A DNA stretch of 32,000 nt, from NCBI RefSeq assembly GCF_000009045.1, contig NC_000964.3, forward strand, positions 870,001 to 902,000, written 5' to 3'. The DNA is from Bacillus subtilis subsp. subtilis str. 168. GTDB lineage: Bacteria > Bacillota > Bacilli > Bacillales > Bacillaceae. Below are positions 18,143-28,009 of the stretch, one piece after another. The notes beneath the pieces were generated by a model. It had not been told where the DNA came from and did not search any database. It saw nothing but the letters and a program-made list of their open reading frames with translations. The translations under genes were made by a program, and so were the position numbers. The first letter of the stretch is position 1; each line of letters starts with the position of its first letter.

Positions 18143-19366
18143 CTATCCAAATGAAAATTTCCCTTTAAGGAAATGGGTTGCGCCGTGTATAAGCGAATCC
18201 GCTGTTTTCTTTGCTTTTTCCATTCCTTTTTTCGCGCTGTCTATCCCTTTATGTATCGATTTATTCGCCGCATCTATGCCGTCATTCACTGATTTGACGA
18301 CTTTGCCGGCTGATTCCAGCCCTTTTTTGGCTGTATCAACAACAGCATGGATCGGTTCTTTCAGCTTTAAGGCTGCTTTTTCAGCAAAACCGGCTGTATA
18401 TTTGGCGATTTGTTCTCCGACGACTCCGCCAATGTATGAACCTGCTGCCCCAAGAAGGACAGTACCCACAGGTCCTGCAAAGCTTCCGATTGCACCGCCG
18501 ATGACAGCACCAGCTGTGGCACCGCCGGCAACAAAAATCGTATTATTCACAGCATTCCCGACGGCCTTGGCGTTTTCACGCTTGAGAACTTCCGGTTTAT
18601 CCTGGTATTTTGCATAATTTTCAGCAATTTTCACGCCTGCTCCGAATGTTTCGGTCGCTCCGGTAATCAGTGTGGCGGTAATGGCATTTCCTTTCGCGAA
18701 TCTCAAGCCCGTTTTTCCCACATCCTTCAAAGTGGAGCGTACGCCGGCTTCATTAAGAAATCCTTTTGTGTAGCTTCTGACGCTGTTTGAAAAATCCACC
18801 GTGTCCTGAGGAAAGTATTTTGTAAACTTTTTATGTACCAAATCTGAAAATGGACGGTTTGTCTTTTTCAACAAATATTTAGGATTCAAAAGCACTCTTG
18901 CCGCTTTTTGATAACGTGAGCTGTCAACGGCCCTGGAAATATCCAAGAGCAGTTTTGAGTGCTGGGCTGTATGCAAGCCGCTTGGTTGTTTCACAAATTT
19001 CGTAAGCCCTAATCCGTAATATTTTCCCTGCGTCAGCATAAGAGCGGTTAAGCTTGTCATCGTACCGTATTTGTCGTAGGCATTGTAGAGCTTTCGCAAA
19101 ATATCATCTTGTTCCACAAATTTATCGCCTGTTTTTCTGATGAAAATCTCATTGTCACTCAGCTTAGTGACGAGCGCCTTTCCTGAGCTCCACGCATCGC
19201 CCACTCCAGAAAAACAGCTGCTGTAGCGGGGATCGCATTGCAAAATCATCTGCCCCAGCTCCACATGCAGGTCCTTATATTTGTTTTCCATATCAGTTAA
19301 TTCAGTGACTACATCATTTGCAAGCTGTTCGAGCTTATCCGGATCAACTGCAATGTTTCCTGACAC
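18143..19366 (-). CDS. yfjB: WXG100-like N-terminal protein with C-terminal glycine zipper; candidate T7SS substrate or effector
   Basis: Helical N-terminus with FSGVGDAWSSGKALV (W-x-G-like turn) and C-terminal AGGATAGAVIGGAIGSFAGPVGTVLLGAAGSYIGG. GTG at 19366 has GGGAGG at good spacing; the upstream GTG at 19375 sits directly against the SD. Confidence 0.8.
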   Translation of the reverse strand: MSGNIAVDPDKLEQLANDVVTELTDMENKYKDLHVELGQMILQCDPRYSSCFSGVGDAWSSGKALVTKLSDNEIFIRKTGDKFVEQDDILRKLYNAYDKYGTMTSLTALMLTQGKYYGLGLTKFVKQPSGLHTAQHSKLLLDISRAVDSSRYQKAARVLLNPKYLLKKTNRPFSDLVHKKFTKYFPQDTVDFSNSVRSYTKGFLNEAGVRSTLKDVGKTGLRFAKGNAITATLITGATETFGAGVKIAENYAKYQDKPEVLKRENAKAVGNAVNNTIFVAGGATAGAVIGGAIGSFAGPVGTVLLGAAGSYIGGVVGEQIAKYTAGFAEKAALKLKEPIHAVVDTAKKGLESAGKVVKSVNDGIDAANKSIHKGIDSAKKGMEKAKKTADSLIHGATHFLKGKFSFG

Positions 19367-19371
19367 ACCGT

Positions 19372-19686
19372 TCACCTCCCGAGTTTATGTCTTTCCTCTC
19401 TTGCTTTACGCTCCAGTTCTTCCATTCTGGCAATTTCAGCTTTTCGTTCTTCTATTTTGACAGCGGCAGCCTTCAGCTCTTGGCTTGTTTCAAGCAGCTC
19501 CTGTTCGAATTGATCGTAGGCGGCTTTCGTTTCCTCGAAATCCTGGTCAAACGAATCTCTTGCTTTGCCCTGCCAAGCATCTCCCAATGCAGATAACCGG
19601 GATTCAAGCAGCATTTTGGAGCTTCTGACCTCTTCTGCGGCCGCACTATACTTGTTTGCCAGCTCAATGACTTTATATGAGTCCAA
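19372..19686 (-). CDS. yfjA: Small coiled-coil protein, LXG-effector partner-like
   Basis: TTG start at 19686 gives 104 aa (LDSYKVIELANKYSAAAEEVRSSKMLLESRLSALGDAWQGKARDSFDQDFEET...) with AGGGG SD. The W-Q-G motif lies between two helices. Confidence 0.8.
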   Translation of the reverse strand: MDSYKVIELANKYSAAAEEVRSSKMLLESRLSALGDAWQGKARDSFDQDFEETKAAYDQFEQELLETSQELKAAAVKIEERKAEIARMEELERKAREERHKLGR

Positions 19687-19940
19687 CTTTTGTCCCCTGC
19701 CTTTTCTAAATTCACGCACAATTGGATGTTTTATATAAATGATTATAAATAATTCGGCATGTATCCGAATCGTACAAAAGAACCTTTTCATAAGAATTGG
19801 AAGGGCGTATATTCACTTAAAATTCACAGTTGGTGAGACTTTAAGATTACAAAAAAGGTAAAAAAACCAAATCTCTCAGACATAAGGCAAATGAGAAATT
19901 TCCCGCTCTATGGGAAAAAACACTAAAGTTGATCAAATGA

Positions 19941-21371
<1,431 letters not shown>

Positions 21372-21435
21372 ATGAAATTCCCCCATTTTCGAATCTGTAA
21401 TTGTATATAATAGAAAGAAAATGGGGGGATCTGAT

Positions 21436-22200
21436 ATGCAGCTCGAAGAACTGATCAATCAGCACTACAGCAAATTGAATGACAACGATTTTCATATTTT
21501 AAAATATATATTGAATCATAAGCACACATGCTATCACCTTGGAATCGACGCGCTGGCCAAAGCTTGCAGTGTATCGCGTTCCTCAATTTTACGGCTTGCC
21601 CAAAAGCTCGGTTTCAGCGGTTACAGTGAATTTCGCGTCTTTTTAAAGTGGGAAGATCAGCCGGAAGAAGGCGAGAGTATGAGTTTTGAAAAGCTGCTTG
21701 ATGATATTGAAGCAAATTTGAAGTTTTTACGGACAAAGGACATGACGGACATGTGCCAGCTGATTGATGCAGCTGACCGCATTTTCGTCTACGGTTCTGG
21801 AAATGCGCAAAAGATATGCGCCCGCGACCTGCAAAGAATGTTTATTCCGCGCCATCGCTATCTTATTTTGATTGAAGACACAAATGAATTTAATTTGATG
21901 CGCGATGATTTTAAAGTGAACGATCTGTTTATCATCATTTCTCTTTCCGGAGAAACACCGGAGCTGATTCCTCAGGCAAGAATGCTTTCTGCAAAGGGTA
22001 TTCCCTTTATTTCCATTACGAATTTAAAAAACAATGTCCTCGCCCAGCTGACTCCGCATAATCTTTATGCGACAAGCAAACCTGTGACATTAAGCGATAG
22101 AACGGAAATTGTCGCTTTTGCACCGTTTTTTCTCGTTGGCGAAGCATTGTTCCGCGCATATGTTGATTACAAAGAGGCAGAAAAAAATGACAATGAGTAG
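21436..22200 (+). CDS. malR: RpiR-family regulator of the maltose operon
   Basis: HTH (GIDALAKACSVSRSSILRLAQKLGFSGYSEFR) plus SIS domain (IFVYGSGNAQKICARDLQRMF). ATG at 21436 after GGGGGG. Confidence 0.92.
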   Translation: MQLEELINQHYSKLNDNDFHILKYILNHKHTCYHLGIDALAKACSVSRSSILRLAQKLGFSGYSEFRVFLKWEDQPEEGESMSFEKLLDDIEANLKFLRTKDMTDMCQLIDAADRIFVYGSGNAQKICARDLQRMFIPRHRYLILIEDTNEFNLMRDDFKVNDLFIIISLSGETPELIPQARMLSAKGIPFISITNLKNNVLAQLTPHNLYATSKPVTLSDRTEIVAFAPFFLVGEALFRAYVDYKEAEKNDNE

Positions 22201-22214
22201 CAGGGGGTTCTGGT

Positions 22215-23798
22215 ATGATGCAAAAAATTCAGCGCTTTGGAAGCGCGATGTTTGTGCCTGTTTTATTATTCGCGTTCGCCGGCATTATCGTCGGTATCAG
22301 CACGCTCTTTAAAAATAAAACCCTCATGGGACCGCTCGCCGATCCTGACGGTTTTTGGTATCAGTGCTGGTATATCATTGAGCAGGGCGGCTGGACTGTT
22401 TTTAACCAAATGCCGCTCTTATTCGCCATTGGCATCCCGGTTGCTTTGGCGAAGAAAGCTCAGGCACGCGCCTGTTTGGAAGCGCTTACTGTCTACCTGA
22501 CATTCAACTATTTTGTCAGCGCGATATTGACGGTATGGGGAGGAGCATTTGGCGTCGACATGAATCAAGAGGTCGGCGGAACGAGCGGGTTAACGATGAT
22601 TGCGGGCATAAAAACGCTCGATACCAACATCATCGGAGCCATCTTTATTTCTTCGATTGTCGTCTTTTTGCATAATCGCTATTTTGATAAAAAACTGCCC
22701 GATTTTCTCGGCATCTTTCAAGGCTCAACATATATCGTGATGATTTCCTTCTTTATTATGATCCCAATTGCGTTGGCTGTGTCTTATATTTGGCCGATGG
22801 TTCAATCGGGAATCGGCTCGCTTCAAAGCTTCCTGGTTGCTTCTGGGGCGGTGGGCGTTTGGATATACACGTTTTTGGAACGGATTTTAATTCCGACCGG
22901 CCTTCATCACTTTATTTACACGCCGTTTATTTATGGCCCGGCTGTAGCGGAAGGCGGGATCGTCACGTATTGGGCACAGCATCTCGGCGAATATTCGCAA
23001 AGCGCCAAACCGCTGAAGGAGCTCTTTCCGCAAGGCGGATTCGCGCTTCACGGCAACTCGAAAATCTTCGGTATTCCGGGTATCGCCCTGGCTTTTTATG
23101 TGACAGCCAAAAAGGAAAAGAAAAAACTCGTCGCAGGGCTGCTGATTCCTGTCACACTGACAGCGATTGTCGCCGGTATTACAGAGCCGATTGAGTTTAC
23201 GTTCTTATTCATTTCACCTTTCTTATTTGCGGTTCACGCCGTGCTTGCCGCCACAATGTCGACAGTTATGTATATGGCCGGCGTCGTCGGAAATATGGGA
23301 GGCGGACTGATTGAGGCGGTAACCTTGAACTGGATTCCGCTCTTTGGCAGCCACGGTATGACATATGTGTATCAAATTTTGATCGGGCTCTCGTTTACAG
23401 CAATTTATTTTTTCGTCTTCAGATTTTTAATCCTCAAATTCAATATCGCTACACCAGGACGGGAAAAGGATGAACAGCAGGAAACAAAGCTATATTCGAA
23501 AAAGGAATACAGAGAACGAAAAAACAAGGATGAAACGGCCTCCGCTGCTGAAACGGCTGATGACACCGCTTTTCTGTATATTGAAGCGCTGGGCGGAAAA
23601 GACAACATCACTGAAGTCACAAACTGCGCCACCCGCCTCAGAGTCAGTGTCAAGGATGAAACAAAGGTTGAACCCGACAGCGTATTCCGCGCGCTTGGCG
23701 CACACGGCGTTGTCAGGAACGGGAAGGCGTTTCAGGTAATTATCGGATTAAGCGTGCCGCAGATGCGGGAGCGTGTGGAAAAAATATTGAATCAATAA
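22215..23798 (+). CDS. malP: Maltose-specific PTS EIICB
   Basis: EIIC membrane domain followed by EIIB domain with phosphorylation-site motif NVTNCATRLRVSV (here ITEVTNCATRLRVSVKD). Confidence 0.94.
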   Translation: MMQKIQRFGSAMFVPVLLFAFAGIIVGISTLFKNKTLMGPLADPDGFWYQCWYIIEQGGWTVFNQMPLLFAIGIPVALAKKAQARACLEALTVYLTFNYFVSAILTVWGGAFGVDMNQEVGGTSGLTMIAGIKTLDTNIIGAIFISSIVVFLHNRYFDKKLPDFLGIFQGSTYIVMISFFIMIPIALAVSYIWPMVQSGIGSLQSFLVASGAVGVWIYTFLERILIPTGLHHFIYTPFIYGPAVAEGGIVTYWAQHLGEYSQSAKPLKELFPQGGFALHGNSKIFGIPGIALAFYVTAKKEKKKLVAGLLIPVTLTAIVAGITEPIEFTFLFISPFLFAVHAVLAATMSTVMYMAGVVGNMGGGLIEAVTLNWIPLFGSHGMTYVYQILIGLSFTAIYFFVFRFLILKFNIATPGREKDEQQETKLYSKKEYRERKNKDETASAAETADDTAFLYIEALGGKDNITEVTNCATRLRVSVKDETKVEPDSVFRALGAHGVVRNGKAFQVIIGLSVPQMRERVEKILNQ

Positions 23799-23803
23799 AG
23801 ACT

Positions 23804-23829
23804 GCCCTCCTTTTCGGGAGGGTTTTCGT
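23804..23829 (+). terminator. Intrinsic terminator downstream of malP
   Basis: gccctcc-ttttc-gggaggg-ttttc. Confidence 0.8.
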
Positions 23830-23903
23830 TTGCCGTCAAAAAGACCGCCATAGTAAAGTAAAGAAAGAGACAATCGAGTAAAAAGGGGTTTGGAGGCTTT
23901 TAC

Positions 23904-25625
23904 ATGCAAAAGGCTTTGTCGTTTTTAAAACCATATTCATTGCTGGCGGGAATTGCTCTGATTCTTATGCTGACGGAGCTTGCAGTTGAACTGATGCAGC
24001 CTTTATTGATTGCAAAAATCATCGACGATGGGATATTGAAGCAAGATCTGCGGCATGTATGGATATGGGGCACGGTCATGATCGGGCTGACCGTGTTATC
24101 CTTTGCGGCGGGGATGCTGAATTCCTTTTATGCCGCCCATGTCAGCCAAAGCTTTTCCTATGATACGAGAAAAGGGCTTTTTCAAAAAATCCAGTCCTTC
24201 TCCTATTCCACATTTGGACAGTTTTCGTCCTCTTCTTATATTACAAGGCTGACAAACGACGTCACACAGGTTCAAAATATGATTTTTATGAGTTTGCGGT
24301 TTATGCTGCGGGCTCCCTTAATGATTGCAGGCGGCATTGTGCTGTCGCTTGCCGTTAATGTGAAACTCGGGTTTTTTCTGCTTGTGACCATTCCGATCCT
24401 GATCTTGTTTTTGCTATGGGTATTAAGGAAAGGCGGGGCACTGTTCCGCTCAGTGCAGAAAAGGCTGGATCAAGTGAACACCATCATGCAGGAAAATTTA
24501 ATTGCAATCAAGCTGATCAAAGCGCTGCTTCGCGGCAGCCACGAAGTCAAACGATTTATCAAAGCCAACACAAGGCTGATGGAAAAAACGGTTTCGGCCT
24601 TTCAGCTTGTGGAATTCACGATGCCTGTACTGATGCTGCTGATGAATCTCTGCATCCTTTTGATTTTGTGGGCGGGGTCCTACAGTATTACGAGCGGAAG
24701 CACTCAGGTTGGCGATGTTGTTGCGATAATTAACTACGCAACACGAATTACAGGCGCGCTTTCGATGTTTCCGTTTTTGATTATGATTTTCACCCGGGCG
24801 AAGGCTTCAGGGGATAGAATCGGTGAGGTGCTTGAAACAGAAGGCGACGAGCGGGAGGAAGGCACCATATCTGATCGTTTGTCAGGACGGATTGAGTTTC
24901 AGCATGTATCCTTTCGCTATCCTGAAATGGACAGAGAAGCGCTCAGGAATGTCTCATTTTCCGCAAAGCCAAGAGAAACGATCGCGATTCTCGGTGCGAC
25001 GGGCTCGGGCAAGTCCACGCTTTTTCAGCTCATTCCGCGGCTTTATCAGCCGGATTCAGGCCGCATTTACATAGATGAAAAGCCGGTTCAAGATATTCCG
25101 GCTGAAGGGCTGCGCAGGCAAATTGGATATGTACCGCAGGAAGTCCTCTTGTTTTCCGGCACAATCAAAGAAAACATCGCTTGGGGCAAAGAAAATGCTT
25201 CACTAGATGAAATAATGGATGCGGCAAAACTTGCGCAAATTCATGAAACGATTTTAAAGCTCCCAAATGGATATGACACTGTTTTGGGGCAAAGAGGCGT
25301 CAACCTGTCCGGCGGCCAAAAGCAGCGGATTTCCATTGCGCGGGCGCTGATTCGAAAACCGGCTATCCTTCTATTAGATGACAGCACAAGCGCGCTTGAT
25401 CTGCAAACGGAGGCGAAGCTGCTTGAAGCAATCAGCACATACCATTGCACAACTTTGATCATTACACAAAAAATAACCACGGCGATGAAAGCTGATCAGA
25501 TTTTGCTGCTTGAGGACGGCGAACTGATTGAAAAAGGCACTCACAGTGAGCTGCTTTCTGAATCTCAGTTATACAAGCGCATTTACGAGTCACAATTCGG
25601 AAGGGAGGGGAGCGAGTCATGCTAA
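23904..25625 (+). CDS. yfiB: ABC transporter, TM plus ATPase (exporter half)
   Basis: ATGSGKSTLFQLIPR Walker A, LSGGQKQRISIARALIRKPAILLLDDSTSALD signature and Walker B. Confidence 0.93.
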   Translation: MQKALSFLKPYSLLAGIALILMLTELAVELMQPLLIAKIIDDGILKQDLRHVWIWGTVMIGLTVLSFAAGMLNSFYAAHVSQSFSYDTRKGLFQKIQSFSYSTFGQFSSSSYITRLTNDVTQVQNMIFMSLRFMLRAPLMIAGGIVLSLAVNVKLGFFLLVTIPILILFLLWVLRKGGALFRSVQKRLDQVNTIMQENLIAIKLIKALLRGSHEVKRFIKANTRLMEKTVSAFQLVEFTMPVLMLLMNLCILLILWAGSYSITSGSTQVGDVVAIINYATRITGALSMFPFLIMIFTRAKASGDRIGEVLETEGDEREEGTISDRLSGRIEFQHVSFRYPEMDREALRNVSFSAKPRETIAILGATGSGKSTLFQLIPRLYQPDSGRIYIDEKPVQDIPAEGLRRQIGYVPQEVLLFSGTIKENIAWGKENASLDEIMDAAKLAQIHETILKLPNGYDTVLGQRGVNLSGGQKQRISIARALIRKPAILLLDDSTSALDLQTEAKLLEAISTYHCTTLIITQKITTAMKADQILLLEDGELIEKGTHSELLSESQLYKRIYESQFGREGSESC

Positions 25626-27433
25626 AAGACATCCGCAAGCCTTTCCAATATCCCAAACTGCCAATTGACAAAAAAGAAGGCGCGAAAAAGCGGGCGAAAG
25701 CAAAGGATACAAAGGGCACACTGAGACGAATCTGGTCTTACTTGGCTGAAAGAAAAGGACTGCTCATACTTGTCATGCTAATGGTTGTCATCAGCGCCAT
25801 ATTCGGACTCCTTGGTCCCTTTGTGATCGGAAAGGCCATCGACCATTTTATCGTCGGGAAAACGGTCAGCGGCTTGATTCCTGTTTTGCTTCTTCTGCTC
25901 GCTATCTATATCATTCAGTCCCTGTCGCTTTGGTTTCAAAACTATTGGATGATTACGATCTCGCAGGGCACGGTTTTCAGAATGAGAAGCGAATTGTTCA
26001 CCCATCTGCATGAGCTGCCGATTCCATTTTTTGATAAACAGCGGCACGGCGAGCTGATGAGCCGGGTGACGAATGACATCGAAAATGTCAGTTCTACCTT
26101 AAACACGTCAGTCATTCAAATTTTGTCAAGTGTGATCACCTTTGTCGGGACGATTGCGGTGATGCTGTACATGAGCCCGCTCCTTACTTTGATTACGCTG
26201 ACCATTATTCCGGTGATGGCAGCGAGCCTGAAATGGATCACCAACCGAACGGGAAAGCTGTTTAAAGAACAGCAGAAAAACCTTGGTGATCTGAATGGGT
26301 ATATTGAGGAATCTGTTTCAGGCGCAAAGGTCATCAAAGCATATTCACGTGAGAAGCAGATTACTGCTGAATTCCTCGAAAAAAACGCTGCACTCAAGAC
26401 GTCGGGCTTTTGGGCGCAGACGATTTCCGGGTTTATTCCGAAGGTCATGAACTCTTTGAATAACTTAAGCTTTACAATGATTGCGGCAATCGGCGGTTTG
26501 TTTGCGCTGAAAGGCTGGATCTCGATCGGCTCCATCGTTGTCTTTGCCGAGTATTCAAGACAATTTACACGCCCTTTAAACGATCTGGCCAACCAGTTTA
26601 ATACGATGCTGTCCGCAATCGCCGGCGCTGAACGGGTGTTTGACGTGCTTGATGAAAAAGAAGAGCGCGAGGATGAAAAGAACGCCGTGCATCAGCCCAT
26701 CCAAACAGGCAGCATTGAATTCCGGGATGTGTCCTTCGGTTACGATAAAGGGCAGCAGACACTGAAGCATTTACAGTTTACCGTGCCTGCGGGGCAGTCC
26801 ATCGCGTTTGTAGGACCGACGGGGGCGGGGAAGACAACCGTCACTAACCTTCTCGCCCGTTTTTACGAGCCTAACGATGGAAAAATTTTAATCGATGGTA
26901 CAGATATTAAAACCCTTACTAGAGCAAGCCTAAGAAAAAACATGGGGTTTGTTCTTCAGGATTCTTTCTTATTTCAGGGAACGATCAGAGAAAACATTCG
27001 CTACGGCAGGCTTGATGCTTCTGATCAGGAAGTCGAAGCCGCTGCAAAAACAGCGAATGCCCATAGTTTTATTGAAAGGCTGCCAAAAGGGTATGACACC
27101 GTACTGACGCAAAACGGTTCGGGCATCAGTCAAGGGCAGAAGCAGTTGATTTCTATAGCGAGGGCGGTGCTTGCCGATCCGGTTCTTCTCATTTTGGATG
27201 AAGCGACAAGCAACATTGATACCGTTACAGAAGTCAACATTCAAGAAGCGCTCGCCCGTTTAATGGAAGGAAGAACAAGCGTCATCATTGCCCACAGGCT
27301 GAACACCATTCAAAGAGCGGACCAGATTGTGGTGCTAAAAAACGGTGAAATGATTGAAAAAGGCAGCCATGACGAGCTGATTCGGCAAAAAGGATTTTAC
27401 AGTGACTTATATGAAAGCCAATTTGAGAAATAG
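25619..27433 (+). CDS. yfiC: ABC transporter, TM plus ATPase (partner half of the exporter)
   Basis: PTGAGKTTVTNLLARF, GISQGQKQLISIARAVLADPVLLILDEATSNID; overlaps the yfiB stop by 7 nt. Confidence 0.93.
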   Translation: MLKDIRKPFQYPKLPIDKKEGAKKRAKAKDTKGTLRRIWSYLAERKGLLILVMLMVVISAIFGLLGPFVIGKAIDHFIVGKTVSGLIPVLLLLLAIYIIQSLSLWFQNYWMITISQGTVFRMRSELFTHLHELPIPFFDKQRHGELMSRVTNDIENVSSTLNTSVIQILSSVITFVGTIAVMLYMSPLLTLITLTIIPVMAASLKWITNRTGKLFKEQQKNLGDLNGYIEESVSGAKVIKAYSREKQITAEFLEKNAALKTSGFWAQTISGFIPKVMNSLNNLSFTMIAAIGGLFALKGWISIGSIVVFAEYSRQFTRPLNDLANQFNTMLSAIAGAERVFDVLDEKEEREDEKNAVHQPIQTGSIEFRDVSFGYDKGQQTLKHLQFTVPAGQSIAFVGPTGAGKTTVTNLLARFYEPNDGKILIDGTDIKTLTRASLRKNMGFVLQDSFLFQGTIRENIRYGRLDASDQEVEAAAKTANAHSFIERLPKGYDTVLTQNGSGISQGQKQLISIARAVLADPVLLILDEATSNIDTVTEVNIQEALARLMEGRTSVIIAHRLNTIQRADQIVVLKNGEMIEKGSHDELIRQKGFYSDLYESQFEK

Positions 27434-27462
27434 ACCTTTGTCCTGCACAGAGGTCTTTTTTT
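27433..27462 (+). terminator. Intrinsic terminator downstream of yfiC
   Basis: gacctttgtcctgcacagaggtc followed by ttttttt. Confidence 0.75.
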
Positions 27463-27513
27463 GTTACAGTTTTATAGTACTTTTATTTCATTTTCGTAAA
27501 ATGTAACAAAATT

Positions 27514-27560
27514 ACTTGACGTAAACAAGTTATGTATATATACTAGCTTACATTAAGTAA
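27514..27560 (+). promoter_or_regulatory. catDE promoter region with two TTAC-N5-GTAA inverted repeats
   Basis: TTACTTGACGTAA (27514-27526) and TTACATTAAGTAA (27548-27560). The first contains the -35-like TTGACG; -10-like TATACT at 27539-27544. Confidence 0.75.
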
Positions 27561-27587
27561 GTGATAACATTTATCAAGGAGGATAAA

Positions 27588-27992
27588 ATGAATAAATCAT
27601 TTGAAATTGGCACATTACTTTTAAGAGTTATTACAGGTATTATCTTTTTTGTTCACGGTTTATCAAAGTTTCAGGGAATGGAGGGCACCATCCAATTTTT
27701 CGGCAGCATAGGCCTTCCAAGCTTTATGGCGTATGTCATCGCAGCGATTGAACTGATTGGCGGAGTGCTTGTCTTCTTCGGATTGGCTACACGTATTGTC
27801 GGTGTACTGTTCGCTCTTACACTGATCGGCGCCATCATCACTGTTAAGCTGAAAGCGCCATTCATGGGCAATGCAGAATTTGATTACCTTCTGCTTTTGA
27901 CATCCATTCACCTGGCGCTTACTGGAAGTCGATTCCTGGCGCTGGACCCATTTGTGTTTAAAGGAAAAAAGAACGGAAACGTTTCAGCATAA
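27588..27992 (+). CDS. catD: DoxX-family membrane protein, catechol/quinone resistance operon
   Basis: 134 aa, LRVITGIIFFVHGLSKFQG...IGGVLVFFGLATRIVG; aaggagg SD; followed by a VOC dioxygenase gene. Confidence 0.9.
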   Translation: MNKSFEIGTLLLRVITGIIFFVHGLSKFQGMEGTIQFFGSIGLPSFMAYVIAAIELIGGVLVFFGLATRIVGVLFALTLIGAIITVKLKAPFMGNAEFDYLLLLTSIHLALTGSRFLALDPFVFKGKKNGNVSA

Positions 27993-28009
27993 GAAAAGAG
28001 GCATGCAGC

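Noticed and set aside
22790-23194. 134-aa plus-strand ORF inside malP
   Set aside because: Alternative frame of the PTS EIIC domain; composition and lack of SD indicate a shadow ORF.
26116-26592. 158-aa minus-strand ORF inside yfiC
   Set aside because: Antisense of the ABC exporter TM/linker region, no SD, not protein-like.
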